Below, piece after piece: positions 18,068-30,437 of a DNA stretch of 64,000 nucleotides. The DNA lies in contig JAHHIM010000001.1 of assembly GCA_019358915.1 (NCBI GenBank), positions 128,001-192,000 on the forward strand. Direction: 5' to 3'. The translations under genes were made by a program, and so were the position numbers. Each line of letters starts with the position of its first letter. The first letter of the stretch is position 1. This DNA comes from Trichormus sp. ATA11-4-KO1. Its GTDB lineage: Bacteria > Cyanobacteriota > Cyanobacteriia > Cyanobacteriales > Nostocaceae. The notes under the pieces are model-generated. The model searched no databases. It saw only the letters and a list, made by a program, of their open reading frames with translations, and was not told where the DNA came from.

Positions 18068-18622
18068 GTGACTTGGGCAAAAGTTAGAATCATGTCTATC
18101 ACTACAGTAAAATTCTGTAGATCAAAACAAATAATTTATACTAAAATTCTCAGTTTTGGGGGAGCGATCGCTTTGTTTTTCAGCTTGTGCGGTTGTCACG
18201 CAAAAAGTTTCGACAGTTCTGATGTGACATGGAAGACTTATAAAAATTCCCGTTATGGCTTTGAATTTCCCTATCCCAGTAACTGGACTACCTTACCAGC
18301 ACCAGCAAATGATGACGGAGTTGCCTTAGTTTCACCACAAAAAAAGACTGGAGAAATTCGGTCATGGGCAGTTAATCAGTTACCAAAGCCAATCACTCAA
18401 GAACAAGACATCAAAACAACCATCAATCCCAACTTCCAGACAACCCAAGGTGTATCTGGAATACTGCTTGTGGAAATCGACTACCAAACAAGCTCAATGA
18501 CACTGAGTCTAACTCAGAATGAAGTTAAATATTATTGGCAGGGTCGAAGCCACAACCAAGATTTTCCAGATTACTATCGCTTGTTCTACTACATCGCCCA
18601 GCAGTATCGGATTCGCCAGTGA
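18068..18622 (+). CDS. hypothetical lipoprotein, PsbP-like N-terminal motif
   Basis: Hydrophobic stretch with LCGC lipobox; WKTYKNSRYGFEFPYPSNW. Start uncertain. Confidence 0.6.
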   Translation: MTWAKVRIMSITTVKFCRSKQIIYTKILSFGGAIALFFSLCGCHAKSFDSSDVTWKTYKNSRYGFEFPYPSNWTTLPAPANDDGVALVSPQKKTGEIRSWAVNQLPKPITQEQDIKTTINPNFQTTQGVSGILLVEIDYQTSSMTLSLTQNEVKYYWQGRSHNQDFPDYYRLFYYIAQQYRIRQ

Positions 18623-18746
18623 AGCAGCAGGGAAAGCAACTAGACTATTATTCTTCCTCATCTTTTACCCCAGAGATCACGCATCTTCACAAGAATCATG
18701 GTGAAGAGGGTACAGAAACCTGATAGATTTAGCTATCAGCGAGTAA

Positions 18747-19913
<1,167 letters not shown>

Positions 19914-20058
19914 GGTAAAGCCTCTGAAAAACTGATTGTCATGTCTTAGCACAATATGACAATCAGTTAATCTCGCCACCCTGAAAACCCAATCGCAACC
20001 CGACATTCTTAAATTACGAATTACGAATTACTGGGATTATTTGCTTGTATAGTCTTTT

Positions 20059-21195
20059 ATGAGAATTGCCCTATTCACCGAAACCTTTTTACCCAAGGTT
20101 GACGGCATTGTCACGCGCCTGCGTCACACTGTTGACCATCTACAGCGTAATGGTGACCAAGTATTGGTGATTGCCCCTGATGGTGGCATCACTGAACATA
20201 AAGGAGCTCAAGTTTACGGCGTTACTGGCTTTCCCTTGCCATTGTATCCAGAGTTAAAAATGGCATTACCCCGCCCAGCTATTGGTTATGCCCTAGAAGA
20301 GTTTCAGCCAGACATTATTCATGTCGTTAATCCAGCTGTTTTAGGATTGGCGGGGATTTTTTATAGCAAGATGCTCAAAATTCCTTTAGTAGCGTCTTAC
20401 CATACACATTTACCCCAATATCTCCAGCATTACGGCTTGGGAATGCTCGAAGGGTTTCTCTGGGAATTGCTGAAAAACGCTCATAATCAAGCATCCTTGA
20501 ATCTTTGTACCTCCACAGCGATGATGGAGGAACTGACAGAACACGGTATTGAACGGGTGCAAGTGTGGCAAAGGGGTGTAGATACAGAATTATTTCATCC
20601 TGATTTAGCTAATACTCAGATGCGATCGCGTCTGTCACAAAATCACCCAGAAAGCCCCTTGCTGCTGTATGTCGGGCGTCTTTCTGCCGAAAAAGAAATT
20701 GAGCGCATCAAACCAATTTTAGCGGCAATTCCCGCAGCGCGATTAGCGTTAGTAGGTGATGGCCCCCATCGCCAAGAACTAGAAAAACATTTTGCCGGCA
20801 CCAATACCCATTTTGTCGGCTATCTCATGGGTCAGGAGTTAGGTTCTGCCTTTGCTAGCGCTGATGCCTTTATCTTTCCTTCCCGGACAGAAACACTAGG
20901 CTTAGTTCTACTAGAAGCAATGGCTGCTGGATGTCCCGTGGTAGCAGCCCGTTCTGGAGGAATTCCGGATATTGTGACAGATGGCGTAAATGGATATCTT
21001 TTTGACCCTACAGCAGATATTCAAGATGCCATTGCTGCTACTGTCCGTCTCTTACAAAACCAACAAGAACGAGACATCATCCGTCAAAATGCCCGTCGAG
21101 AAGCAGAAAGTTGGGGGTGGTCAGCTGCCACATGCCAGCTGCAAGATTACTATCAAAAGGTGCTATTTTCAGAACAACTGATAAAAGCTGCGTAA
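20059..21195 (+). CDS. sqdX: sulfoquinovosyldiacylglycerol synthase (GT4)
   Basis: ETFLPKVDG and ETLGLVLLEAMA; adjacent to sqdB. Confidence 0.93.
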   Translation: MRIALFTETFLPKVDGIVTRLRHTVDHLQRNGDQVLVIAPDGGITEHKGAQVYGVTGFPLPLYPELKMALPRPAIGYALEEFQPDIIHVVNPAVLGLAGIFYSKMLKIPLVASYHTHLPQYLQHYGLGMLEGFLWELLKNAHNQASLNLCTSTAMMEELTEHGIERVQVWQRGVDTELFHPDLANTQMRSRLSQNHPESPLLLYVGRLSAEKEIERIKPILAAIPAARLALVGDGPHRQELEKHFAGTNTHFVGYLMGQELGSAFASADAFIFPSRTETLGLVLLEAMAAGCPVVAARSGGIPDIVTDGVNGYLFDPTADIQDAIAATVRLLQNQQERDIIRQNARREAESWGWSAATCQLQDYYQKVLFSEQLIKAA

Positions 21196-21296
21196 ATAGG
21201 GTTTTTAATTACACTAAGGTTTGAGAAATCGGTTCCTTTAAGAAACCAGGTTTCTCAAAACTTAATTATATATATCAAGAAAAATTTAAACTTTCC

Positions 21297-23972
21297 ATGA
21301 CTCTTCCCAATTCTGGTAGCGTCTTGGCTACATTAACTGAACTAACTCAAGTTAATCGCATTCATACTCTACTAACTCGTTTAAAAGACCTGCCGGTTAA
21401 CGAATTTATTTGCTTACTTGACTTCATCACTGCTGAGTTTCAACAGTTTCTCCGAGCAATTGAGCTAATCAATAATGAAGCTCTAGAAACTATGTTGGAA
21501 AAGGTTCTAGAAGCCATCACACTCAAAATTGGTCAAATTCTCCAAGCCGAAAACTCAGCCATTTTCTTAGTTGACTATGATAAAGGTCAGCTATGGTCAA
21601 AAGTTCCCCAAAATAATACTCAAAAATCTTTAGAAATTAGAACTCCTATCACGGTTGGTATTCCCGGTCATGTTGCCAGTACAGGTCAATATCTGAATAT
21701 ATCTGAAACTGTTACTCACCCCTTGTTCAGCCCAGAACTAGAAAAACAAATGGGCTACAAAATCCATAATCTTTTATGTATGCCTGTAGTGAGTAGTAAA
21801 AACCAGATTGTAGCAGTAGTACAACTGGCAAACAAAACAGGGAGTCTTCCATTTAATCACGAAGATGAAGAACGTTTTCGCGACTTTGCCTCTTCTATTG
21901 GGATTATCCTGGAAAGTTGCCAGTCTTTTTATGTAGCGGCGCGCAATCAACGAGGTGCAACTGCACTTTTACGGGCGACCCAGACACTAGGGCAAAGTTT
22001 AGATTTAGAAGCAACTTTGCAAATAGTCATGGAACAAGCTCGAATTCTAATGCAAGCAGACCGCAGCACGCTATTTTTATATCGTAAAGAAATGGGCGAA
22101 CTCTGGACAAAAGTAGCAGTAGCGGCAGATGGGACAAATTTGATGGAAATCCGAATGCCAGCGAATCGTGGGATTGCTGGCTATGTAGCCTCTACAGGTG
22201 AAGCACTAAATATTTCTGATGCCTATAAAGACCCCCGTTTTGACCCGACTACAGACAAAAAAACTGGGTACATAACTCACAACATTTTGTGTTTACCAGT
22301 GTTTAATTCGGCCAATGAATTAATTGGTGTAACACAATTAATTAATAAGCAAAAAGGCTGTTTTACCGCCTCTGATGAAGAGTTTATGCGAGCTTTTAAT
22401 ATTCAGGCAGGAATTGCTTTAGAAAATGCTCGTTTATTTGAAAATGTCTTATTAGAAAAACAGTATCAAAAAGATATTTTGCAAAGTTTGTCAGATGCTG
22501 TAATTTCTACAGATATGACAGGTCAGATTGTCACCATTAATGATGCAGCTCTGGCCTTGCTGGGTTGTCCTTTAGATAAAGCTAATACCAAAAACAATAA
22601 GTTACTGTGGGAACAAAATTTAATCGGTCGCTTAGTTTGGGAGGTTGTACCAATTGAAAATTTACAAATGCGGTTGGAAGACAGCTTAACAACTGGTGCT
22701 AGACATTATGTGCCAGAGCAAAATTTGACAGTGGGGCTGTATCAGGTATGTAGTGGAACTCAACACGGGCTAAACATCCCGCCCTACGCGCAGCCATGCC
22801 CGCAGGGCTTTACAGCACTCAGCAACGCTACATATTCTACTACAGCGCTGTGCGCATCCTGCGGCGGGGGAGACTCCAAGACAGGTTTAATCTTAGCAGT
22901 ACGCGATCGCATTAACCCAGATATTTTTATTCCTTGGAATCAACCTCTAACGCCGCAATCTCATTTTCTCACTTCTAGTCAGGTGGAAAAATTAGAACGC
23001 AGCATTAATCTCACCGTTAATCCTCTGACAAACCCAGAAGGTGGCGTCCGTGGTGGTTTGGTAGTTCTCGAAGATATCAGTCAGGAAAAGCGCATGAAAA
23101 GTACCATGTATCGCTACCTCACACCTCATGTTGCCGAACAAGTGATGGCATTGGGGGAAGATGCTCTCATGGTAGGTGAGCGCAAGGAAGTGACTATTTT
23201 ATTTTCTGATATTCGCGGCTACACCACACTTACAGAAAACTTGGGGGCTTCTGAAGTGGTGTCGCTATTGAATCAGTATTTTGAAACAATGGTGGAAGCA
23301 GTATTTAACTACGAAGGCACTCTTGATAAGTTTATTGGTGATGCCTTGATGGCGGTGTTTGGTGCGCCGTTACCACTGACAGAAAATCATGCTTGGAGAG
23401 CGGTGCAATCAGCGTTGGATATGCGTCAACGTCTGAAGGAATTTAACCATCGGCGGATTATCCAGGCGCAACCACAAATCCATATAGGCATCGGCATTAG
23501 TTCTGGAGAAGTAGTTTCTGGTAATATTGGTTCCCACAAACGCATGGATTACACTGTCATTGGGGATGGAGTAAATTTAAGTTCGCGTTTGGAAGGAGTG
23601 ACAAAAGAATATGGTTGTGATATTATTTTAAGTGAATTTACTTATCAATTGTGCAGCGATCGCATTTGGGCACGGCAGTTAGATAAGATTCGGGTTAAAG
23701 GTAAACACCAAGCAATCAATATCTACGAGTTAATTGGCGATCGCACTACTCCCTTAGATGCTAACACCCAAGAGTTTTTGTTTCATTACCAAGCTGGACG
23801 TGCGGCTTATTTAGCTCGTAACTTTCCCCAAGCGATCGCTTGTTTTATGGCTGCCAAACATATTCGACCTACAGACCAAGCTGTTAATGTTCACCTAGAA
23901 CGTGCTCATAATTATCAAAAGACACCACCGGCAAAATCCTGGGATGGTGTCTGGACAATGATTGCGAAATAA
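21297..23972 (+). CDS. cyaB: GAF-GAF-PAS class III adenylate cyclase (CyaB1-like)
   Basis: Two GAF domains with NK..F...DE motifs, a PAS domain, and FSDIRGYT, KFIGDA, GDGVNLSSRLE. Confidence 0.9.
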   Translation: MTLPNSGSVLATLTELTQVNRIHTLLTRLKDLPVNEFICLLDFITAEFQQFLRAIELINNEALETMLEKVLEAITLKIGQILQAENSAIFLVDYDKGQLWSKVPQNNTQKSLEIRTPITVGIPGHVASTGQYLNISETVTHPLFSPELEKQMGYKIHNLLCMPVVSSKNQIVAVVQLANKTGSLPFNHEDEERFRDFASSIGIILESCQSFYVAARNQRGATALLRATQTLGQSLDLEATLQIVMEQARILMQADRSTLFLYRKEMGELWTKVAVAADGTNLMEIRMPANRGIAGYVASTGEALNISDAYKDPRFDPTTDKKTGYITHNILCLPVFNSANELIGVTQLINKQKGCFTASDEEFMRAFNIQAGIALENARLFENVLLEKQYQKDILQSLSDAVISTDMTGQIVTINDAALALLGCPLDKANTKNNKLLWEQNLIGRLVWEVVPIENLQMRLEDSLTTGARHYVPEQNLTVGLYQVCSGTQHGLNIPPYAQPCPQGFTALSNATYSTTALCASCGGGDSKTGLILAVRDRINPDIFIPWNQPLTPQSHFLTSSQVEKLERSINLTVNPLTNPEGGVRGGLVVLEDISQEKRMKSTMYRYLTPHVAEQVMALGEDALMVGERKEVTILFSDIRGYTTLTENLGASEVVSLLNQYFETMVEAVFNYEGTLDKFIGDALMAVFGAPLPLTENHAWRAVQSALDMRQRLKEFNHRRIIQAQPQIHIGIGISSGEVVSGNIGSHKRMDYTVIGDGVNLSSRLEGVTKEYGCDIILSEFTYQLCSDRIWARQLDKIRVKGKHQAINIYELIGDRTTPLDANTQEFLFHYQAGRAAYLARNFPQAIACFMAAKHIRPTDQAVNVHLERAHNYQKTPPAKSWDGVWTMIAK

Positions 23973-24011
23973 GCAACCCCCAAGATGTAACTGGAAAATC
24001 TCAAGTATTGA

Positions 24012-24287
24012 TTAACCTTCACTCTCCTCAGCTTGACCTTGAAAGGGGTTTTCGCCGATTTTCAATTGTTTTTTGGTTTTTTTCAGATGTTTCCATAAAG
24101 CCTTGATTTGTTCGTAAGCTTCATCTGGTGGTAGCTTTCCACCTGTTTCTAAATTGCAAATGTAACTGACTCGCTGGGCAAATTCTTGTAAATTAGAGTT
24201 AAAAACCAAGTTTTCCGGCTTTACCTGACCATAGTAGCGACCACGAGGATAGAGAAAATCGTCTTTGCTCACTATTTTTTTCTCCAT
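24012..24287 (-). CDS. conserved cyanobacterial hypothetical protein
   Basis: FLYPRGRYYG..KPENLVFNSNLQEFAQRV..LETGGKL family pattern; RBS GAGG. Confidence 0.8.
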   Translation of the reverse strand: MEKKIVSKDDFLYPRGRYYGQVKPENLVFNSNLQEFAQRVSYICNLETGGKLPPDEAYEQIKALWKHLKKTKKQLKIGENPFQGQAEESEG

Positions 24288-24788
24288 TTATGCAATACCC
24301 CTCTTGTTTTAATCTATGAAGCTGAATTATTGGCTCTCCTCATCTTTAATTTTTGTCAGATTAGCAGAAGTTGTATCAATACCTCTTCTGGTAGGGGTTA
24401 TACAAAAATCAGTTTATTATGACCTTTAATGTTAAAAAACAAGGAAAAACGTAAATTTTTTGCATTAGCAGATGCCATCAAGACAATATTCGTTCACTTG
24501 ATGATAGATGATAATTTACTTTTCTGACTCTTGCCAATTTATTTCATCAGATGATAATCTACTTTTCTTAACAGTTGCCAATTTTTCTACCTTTTAGAGA
24601 TTTGTGATTTCAATTAGTTGTGCTAAAAATTACTTACTACTTTAGTGTTACTATATCTCTCCCATTATATTACAATCTTGCAACGGCAAAAATAAGTAAA
24701 GTTAAGTGTTAAAAAATACGAGTCTTAAAATATAATGCGTAAACTTTCAGACATTGCGTCTGCCCCATCTCCCGCCAATAAATAAATT

Positions 24789-24897
24789 GGCTAATAGCCC
24801 AAATCCACTAAAATGGGCTGAGAACCATGCCATCAAAGAGATTTAGTCATCTACTATTCGGGAACGCTCCGCGCACAGAGGACTTTAGCTATTAGCC
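24789..24897. repeat. REP/MITE-like element with nested short repeat
   Basis: Terminal GGCTAATAGC/GCTATTAGCC inverted repeat; GC-rich insert CGGGAACGCTCCGCGCAC. Confidence 0.55.
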
Positions 24898-25103
24898 ATA
24901 GATTTTTAGCCAAGGTATTAAGTAAAAACTCAAGATAATTAATTGTTATCAGAGATTGAATATCAGTTGTGATTTGTCTACCAACTAACCTGTCCAACGA
25001 TAGCTGACTAAATCACCAATGGCTAATCTTGAATAACTAAAGATAAAATGGTTAAGCCCGAAAGGGCGAGAGCTACCCACCGCTTAAAACTTTACCTCCC
25101 ATC

Positions 25104-25865
25104 ATGTCTGTTTATTCCAAGCTATACGAAGGCAAAGCTAAAATTCTCTATGCAACAGACGATCCAGAAGTCTTGTTAGCTGATTTTAAAGACGATGCCA
25201 CTGCTTTTAACGCTCAGAAGCGTGGCAGTATTACCGACAAGGGAAAAATTAATTGTAGTATTTCTAGCCAACTATTTCAGCAGTTAGCAGCAAATGGTAT
25301 AAAAAATCACTTCATTGATAGTCCAGCCCCGCATCAAATGCGAGTGAAGGCTGTCAAGATTTTGCCATTAGAAGTAGTTGTGAGAAACATTGCTGCTGGC
25401 AGTCTGTCTCAACAAACAGGTTTACCAGTAGGCACAGTTCTGAAGCAGCCGTTAGTAGAATTTTATTACAAAAATGACCAGTTAGGAGATCCACTGTTAA
25501 CACGCGATCGCCTATTGTTGTTAGAACTAGCAACACCGGAACAAGTAGATGCAATTGCCAATCTAGCATTGCAAGTCAACGAGTTTCTCCAAGACTTTTG
25601 GCAGCAGTGCGGCATTACTCTAGTAGACTTCAAACTAGAATTTGGTTTGGACTCACAACAGCAGTTGCTCTTGGCAGATGAAATTAGCCCCGACACCTGC
25701 CGTTTGTGGAATACAGCCGAAGCAGATCCTAACCTCCGGGTCATGGATAAAGACCGCTTCCGCCGAGACTTGGGAAATGTAGAGGATGCTTATCAGGAGG
25801 TTTTACAACGAGTGTTACAAGCAGTAGAAGGGAAGACGGAAAACCAGGTCGCCCAACAGGGATGA
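25104..25865 (+). CDS. purC: SAICAR synthetase
   Basis: YEGKAK, LEVVVRN, LVDFKLEFG and LADEISPDTCR motifs. Confidence 0.97.
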   Translation: MSVYSKLYEGKAKILYATDDPEVLLADFKDDATAFNAQKRGSITDKGKINCSISSQLFQQLAANGIKNHFIDSPAPHQMRVKAVKILPLEVVVRNIAAGSLSQQTGLPVGTVLKQPLVEFYYKNDQLGDPLLTRDRLLLLELATPEQVDAIANLALQVNEFLQDFWQQCGITLVDFKLEFGLDSQQQLLLADEISPDTCRLWNTAEADPNLRVMDKDRFRRDLGNVEDAYQEVLQRVLQAVEGKTENQVAQQG

Positions 25866-26063
25866 AGAAGTTTGGCTTTAAACCTTAACTTCGAGGCTAA
25901 TTCTTCCCCTAGAAACAGTAAAAACCGGTAGTTTTTTATTCTTGCCTTGTGACTTATAAAGTAAAAAGGCAACAGCAAACATCAATATTTTTGCCTTTGC
26001 CTTTTGCATAAGAGCATGATTGCCTTGTGATGGTGTGTGGAAGTGAAGAGGAATTTAAATAAA

Positions 26064-28532
26064 ATGCGTTTATCTCCCGTATGGGTAGCGGCTGTAGCAA
26101 TTGCAGCGCCATTAGGCGGCACGCTCAGTGCAAATGCCCAAACTACTAATAGTTTAGAACAGACAGCAGAGATTTTCCCGCCCGCGATTAATCAGCAGCC
26201 AGTAAAGGATGCAACTCAAGGGCTGACTAGCGAGAGTTTAGAACCTCACGCCAACTCAACAGAGTTTCAGGTCATAAATGAGCCGCCATCTTCTATTGTG
26301 GCAGTTTTCCCGGCGAAATCTGATGTCATAGTGCCTACTTTGACAACTCCAGATTTTCCGCTCCCACAGCTTAATTTTGCTCCAGATGCAGCAAAGAACA
26401 CAACTCAAGGGTTGACTAGTGAGAGTTTAAAATCTCACGCCAATTCCAAAGATATTCAGGTAGTTGAGGAGCCTCAATCTTCTGTTGTGGCAGTTTTCCC
26501 GGCAAAATTAGATGTAATTTTGCTTACTTTGACAACGCCTACAATTGCCCAAACCCCTGAAACAACCCCAGATTTTCCTACCGAACAGCCAGATACTGTA
26601 CCTCCAGCAACGCAGCAACAGATACCCTCCCCAACTCCTGAAACTCCTCCGACTCAAGAGAATTTCAACACTCCCAACGCCACCCCAGATGCTACGGAAC
26701 CTCGCGTACTGGTGTCAGAAGTAATAGTCAGACCGGAAACAGGGCAACTATCACCGGAACTAGAAAACCAAGTTTACACAGTAATTCGTACCCAACCAGG
26801 CCGGACAACAACCCGTTCCCAACTGCAAGAAGATATTAATGCCATCTTTGGTACTGGCTTCTTTGCCAATGTTCAGGCGGTGCCAGAAGATACCCCATTG
26901 GGCGTGCGCGTTAACTTTATTGTCCAACCCAACCCTGTGCTGACAAAGGTAGAAATAGACGCAAATCCTAGTACCGATGTTCCCTCCGTACTACCTCCTA
27001 GCGTTGTGGATGAAATCTTCCGTGAGCAATATGGTAGAGTTCTCAACTTGCGTGATTTACAAGAAGGCATCAAGCAATTAACCCAGCGATATCAAGACAA
27101 AGGTTACGTCCTCGCAAACGTCATTGGCGCGCCACAAGTCTCTGAAAGCGGAGTTGTTACCCTGCAAGTAGCAGAAGGCGTAGTAGAGAATATTAAAGTC
27201 CGATTCCGCGATCGCGAAGGTCGAGAGACAGATGAGAAGGGACAACCAATTCGGGGTCGGACACAAGAGTATATAATTACGCGAGAAGTCGAGTTACAGC
27301 CAGGAGACGTATTTAACCGCGACATTGTGCAAAGAGACCTACAGAGGGTTTTTGGGCTAGGATTATTTGAAGACGTAAATGTTTCCCTTGACCCTGGTAC
27401 TGACCCCAGCAAAGTCGATGTAGTGGTAAATGTGGCCGAGCGTAGCACTGGTTCTATTGCGGCTGGTGCTGGTATTAGTTCCGCCAGTGGACTGTTTGGA
27501 ACTGTTAGTTATCAACAACAAAACCTGGCAGGAAGGAACCAAAGACTGGGTGCAGAGATCCAAGTAGGACAGAGAGAACTACTGTTTGACCTGCGGTTTA
27601 CAGACCCTTGGATTGCAGGCGACCCCTATCGAACTTCCTACACAGCGAATATTTTTCGCCGCAGTTCCATTTCGTTGATTTATGATGGACAAGACGGTGA
27701 TATTAGAACTTTTCAAGTAGGAGAAACAGATGGCGATCGCCCCCGGGTTCTGCGTCTCGGTGGTGGTCTTACCTTTACTCGTCCCCTGTCTGCCAATCCC
27801 TATGAAAGATCAGAATGGACTGCCTCAGCAGGTTTTCAGTATCAACGAGTTTCTACCCGTGACGCTGATGGTAATGTCAGACGAGAAGGAGCTGTTTTCC
27901 GTGACGGAGAACGCGTCAGTGAACCAATTAACTTAAGCTTCTCTGATCGAGGTGAAGATGATTTGGTGTTATTACAACTAGGAGCGCAGCGCGATCTCCG
28001 TAATAACCCTTTACAACCCACCAGTGGTTCTTTTCTGCGCTTCGGGGTTGATCAGTCAGTACCAATCGGACTAGGAAACATTTTCCTCACCAGATTAAGA
28101 GGTAGCTACAGCCAATACGTACCTGTGAATTTTATCAACTTGGCTCCTGGGGCACAAACCCTGGCATTTAACCTGCAAGGAGGCACAATTCTTGGTGACT
28201 TGCCGCCCTATGAAGCTTTTACCCTTGGCGGTAGCAACTCCATTCGGGGTTACGAAGAAGGAGCATTAACTAGTGGACGCAGTTATGTACAAGCATCCGT
28301 TGAGTATCGCTTCCCAGTTTTCTCCGTAGTTAGTGGCGCACTGTTTTTTGATGTTGGTAGTGACTTGGGAACTACTACCGAGCCAGCTGAGGTGTTGAAC
28401 AAAAACGGCAGTGGCTATGGCTATGGTCTGGGTGTGCGTGTGCAATCCCCACTAGGTCCCATTCGGATTGACTACGGTATCAACGACGATGGCGACAGCC
28501 GCATCAATTTCGGTATTGGGGAAAGGTTTTAA
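26064..28532 (+). CDS. bamA: Omp85/BamA outer-membrane protein assembly factor
   Basis: Signal peptide, Pro-rich region, POTRA domains, IRGY motif, C-terminal FGIGERF. Confidence 0.95.
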   Translation: MRLSPVWVAAVAIAAPLGGTLSANAQTTNSLEQTAEIFPPAINQQPVKDATQGLTSESLEPHANSTEFQVINEPPSSIVAVFPAKSDVIVPTLTTPDFPLPQLNFAPDAAKNTTQGLTSESLKSHANSKDIQVVEEPQSSVVAVFPAKLDVILLTLTTPTIAQTPETTPDFPTEQPDTVPPATQQQIPSPTPETPPTQENFNTPNATPDATEPRVLVSEVIVRPETGQLSPELENQVYTVIRTQPGRTTTRSQLQEDINAIFGTGFFANVQAVPEDTPLGVRVNFIVQPNPVLTKVEIDANPSTDVPSVLPPSVVDEIFREQYGRVLNLRDLQEGIKQLTQRYQDKGYVLANVIGAPQVSESGVVTLQVAEGVVENIKVRFRDREGRETDEKGQPIRGRTQEYIITREVELQPGDVFNRDIVQRDLQRVFGLGLFEDVNVSLDPGTDPSKVDVVVNVAERSTGSIAAGAGISSASGLFGTVSYQQQNLAGRNQRLGAEIQVGQRELLFDLRFTDPWIAGDPYRTSYTANIFRRSSISLIYDGQDGDIRTFQVGETDGDRPRVLRLGGGLTFTRPLSANPYERSEWTASAGFQYQRVSTRDADGNVRREGAVFRDGERVSEPINLSFSDRGEDDLVLLQLGAQRDLRNNPLQPTSGSFLRFGVDQSVPIGLGNIFLTRLRGSYSQYVPVNFINLAPGAQTLAFNLQGGTILGDLPPYEAFTLGGSNSIRGYEEGALTSGRSYVQASVEYRFPVFSVVSGALFFDVGSDLGTTTEPAEVLNKNGSGYGYGLGVRVQSPLGPIRIDYGINDDGDSRINFGIGERF

Positions 28533-28783
28533 GTTGTCATTAGTCATTAGTTATTGGTCATTTGTGACTGAACTAATGACTCGTCTATCTAATCATCAAC
28601 ACTGATTCCCCGGTACTTTCAAGCCTATCCCCTGTCCCCTGTTCTACCTAAGCACTTGCTAATTTTTACATTTGCCTCAATACTGATTCGATAAAGGGAT
28701 CAGTTACATCTGGAAAATAGATCAGGGTCTTTGCCAAAACTTGATATGAATCATATAAATCAAAATATATTCACTTTTCGCTT

Positions 28784-29623
28784 ATGCAGCAGCACACCAT
28801 AGCAGAGGAAATCACTCAAACCGGAGTGGGACTGCATAGTGGTGTAAGTACCCATGTACGGATACTACCAGCTGAGGCAGGCAGTGGGCGCTACTTTGTC
28901 AGGGTGGATTTGCCGGATTTACCAATAATTCCAGCCCAAGTTGCGGCGGTAAGTCAGACTGTTCTCTCAACTCAGTTGGGTAAAGGTGAGGTAAGTGTTC
29001 GCACGGTAGAGCATTTATTGGCGGCGCTTACAGGTATGGGTGTAAATAATGCCCGAATTGAAATTGACGGGACAGAAGTACCACTTTTAGACGGTTCGGC
29101 CAAGGTGTGGACGGACAGCATTACCCAAGTTGGTTTAAAATCACAAGCTTTTACTAGCAACGAAGAAAACTTGGTGGTGCAAGAACCTATCTGGATTTAT
29201 CAAGATGATGCTTTTGTTTGTGCCCTTCCAGCACCGGAAACCCGATTTAGTTACGGTATTGATTTTGACTTACCAGCTATTGGTAACCAATGGCACAGCT
29301 GGTCACTGACTGCCAGCTTTGCTACGGAAATTGCCCCTGCTCGTACCTTTGGGTTACTACATCAAATTGAACACTTACAAAAAACAGGATTAATTAAGGG
29401 TGGTAGCTTAGACAATGCACTCGTTTGCGGTTCTGAAGGTTGGCTAAATCCACCATTAAGATTTGCAAATGAACCAGTTCGTCATAAAATCTTGGATTTA
29501 GTAGGAGATTTGAGTTTACTAGGAACTTTTCCTCAGGCTCATTTCTTGGCGTATAAGGCTAGCCATAATTTACACATTCAACTGGCCCAGAAAATTTTAG
29601 AATTGGGATTAGCTAAAGCCTAA
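28784..29623 (+). CDS. lpxC: UDP-3-O-acyl-GlcNAc deacetylase
   Basis: GVGLHSG, TVEHL and [10 protein letters not shown] motifs. Confidence 0.97.
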   Translation: MQQHTIAEEITQTGVGLHSGVSTHVRILPAEAGSGRYFVRVDLPDLPIIPAQVAAVSQTVLSTQLGKGEVSVRTVEHLLAALTGMGVNNARIEIDGTEVPLLDGSAKVWTDSITQVGLKSQAFTSNEENLVVQEPIWIYQDDAFVCALPAPETRFSYGIDFDLPAIGNQWHSWSLTASFATEIAPARTFGLLHQIEHLQKTGLIKGGSLDNALVCGSEGWLNPPLRFANEPVRHKILDLVGDLSLLGTFPQAHFLAYKASHNLHIQLAQKILELGLAKA

Positions 29624-29695
29624 AATATCAATTCGTGAAAGGTTTTAACGCCTGCCTACTTAAATTCACCAAGTTAAAAATCAATCATACCGCTA

Positions 29696-30205
29696 ATGGC
29701 AATCGTCAGTGAAGTGAATAGTACCGATACTACTGCGTCTACATCTACCGAAGAACAGATTACTGAAATTAAAACAACTTTTTCATCTGAAGAGATTCAG
29801 CAATTACTCCCCCATCGCTACCCATTTTTACTTGTAGATAAAATAATTGACTATGTGCCAGGAAAACTGGCTGTAGGCGTTAAAAACGTTACCTTTAATG
29901 AACCCCATTTTCAAGGGCATTATCCGGGAAGACCACTGATGCCAGGAGTGCTAATTGTTGAGGCAATGGCACAAGTCGGGGGCATTTTTCTCAAGCAACA
30001 GCCTGGGTTTGAGGATGGACTGTTTGTTTTTGCTGGTATCGATAAAGTCCGGTTCCGCCGCCAAGTAGTACCAGGAGACCAACTGGTGATGACAGTGGAA
30101 CTGTTATGGATAAAACAACGTCGTTTCGGTAAAATACAAGCCCGTGCCGAGGTTGACGGTCAACTTGCTGCTGAAGGCGAATTGATGTTTTCTCTAATCA
30201 ACTAA
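29696..30205 (+). CDS. fabZ: 3-hydroxyacyl-ACP dehydratase
   Basis: [11 protein letters not shown] and [12 protein letters not shown] motifs. Confidence 0.97.
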   Translation: MAIVSEVNSTDTTASTSTEEQITEIKTTFSSEEIQQLLPHRYPFLLVDKIIDYVPGKLAVGVKNVTFNEPHFQGHYPGRPLMPGVLIVEAMAQVGGIFLKQQPGFEDGLFVFAGIDKVRFRRQVVPGDQLVMTVELLWIKQRRFGKIQARAEVDGQLAAEGELMFSLIN

Positions 30206-30437
30206 AAATTGGCTGTTGTGGTGTCAGGTAAAGCCGTGATTTACTCATACTGCATCCAGAATCAGGATAACAGTAAAAAAACTATCCACAACAGCATTTT
30301 ATAATTTCTTGATTTTCGCCGTCATCTTTTCTCCTTCAAAGACGCTAACGCCCTCACACTTAAATTGCTTTGCCCGACACTTTCGGTCACTGAAAACTTA
30401 CACACTCAGCACTTAAGAAAGTTCTGGAGATTCACCA

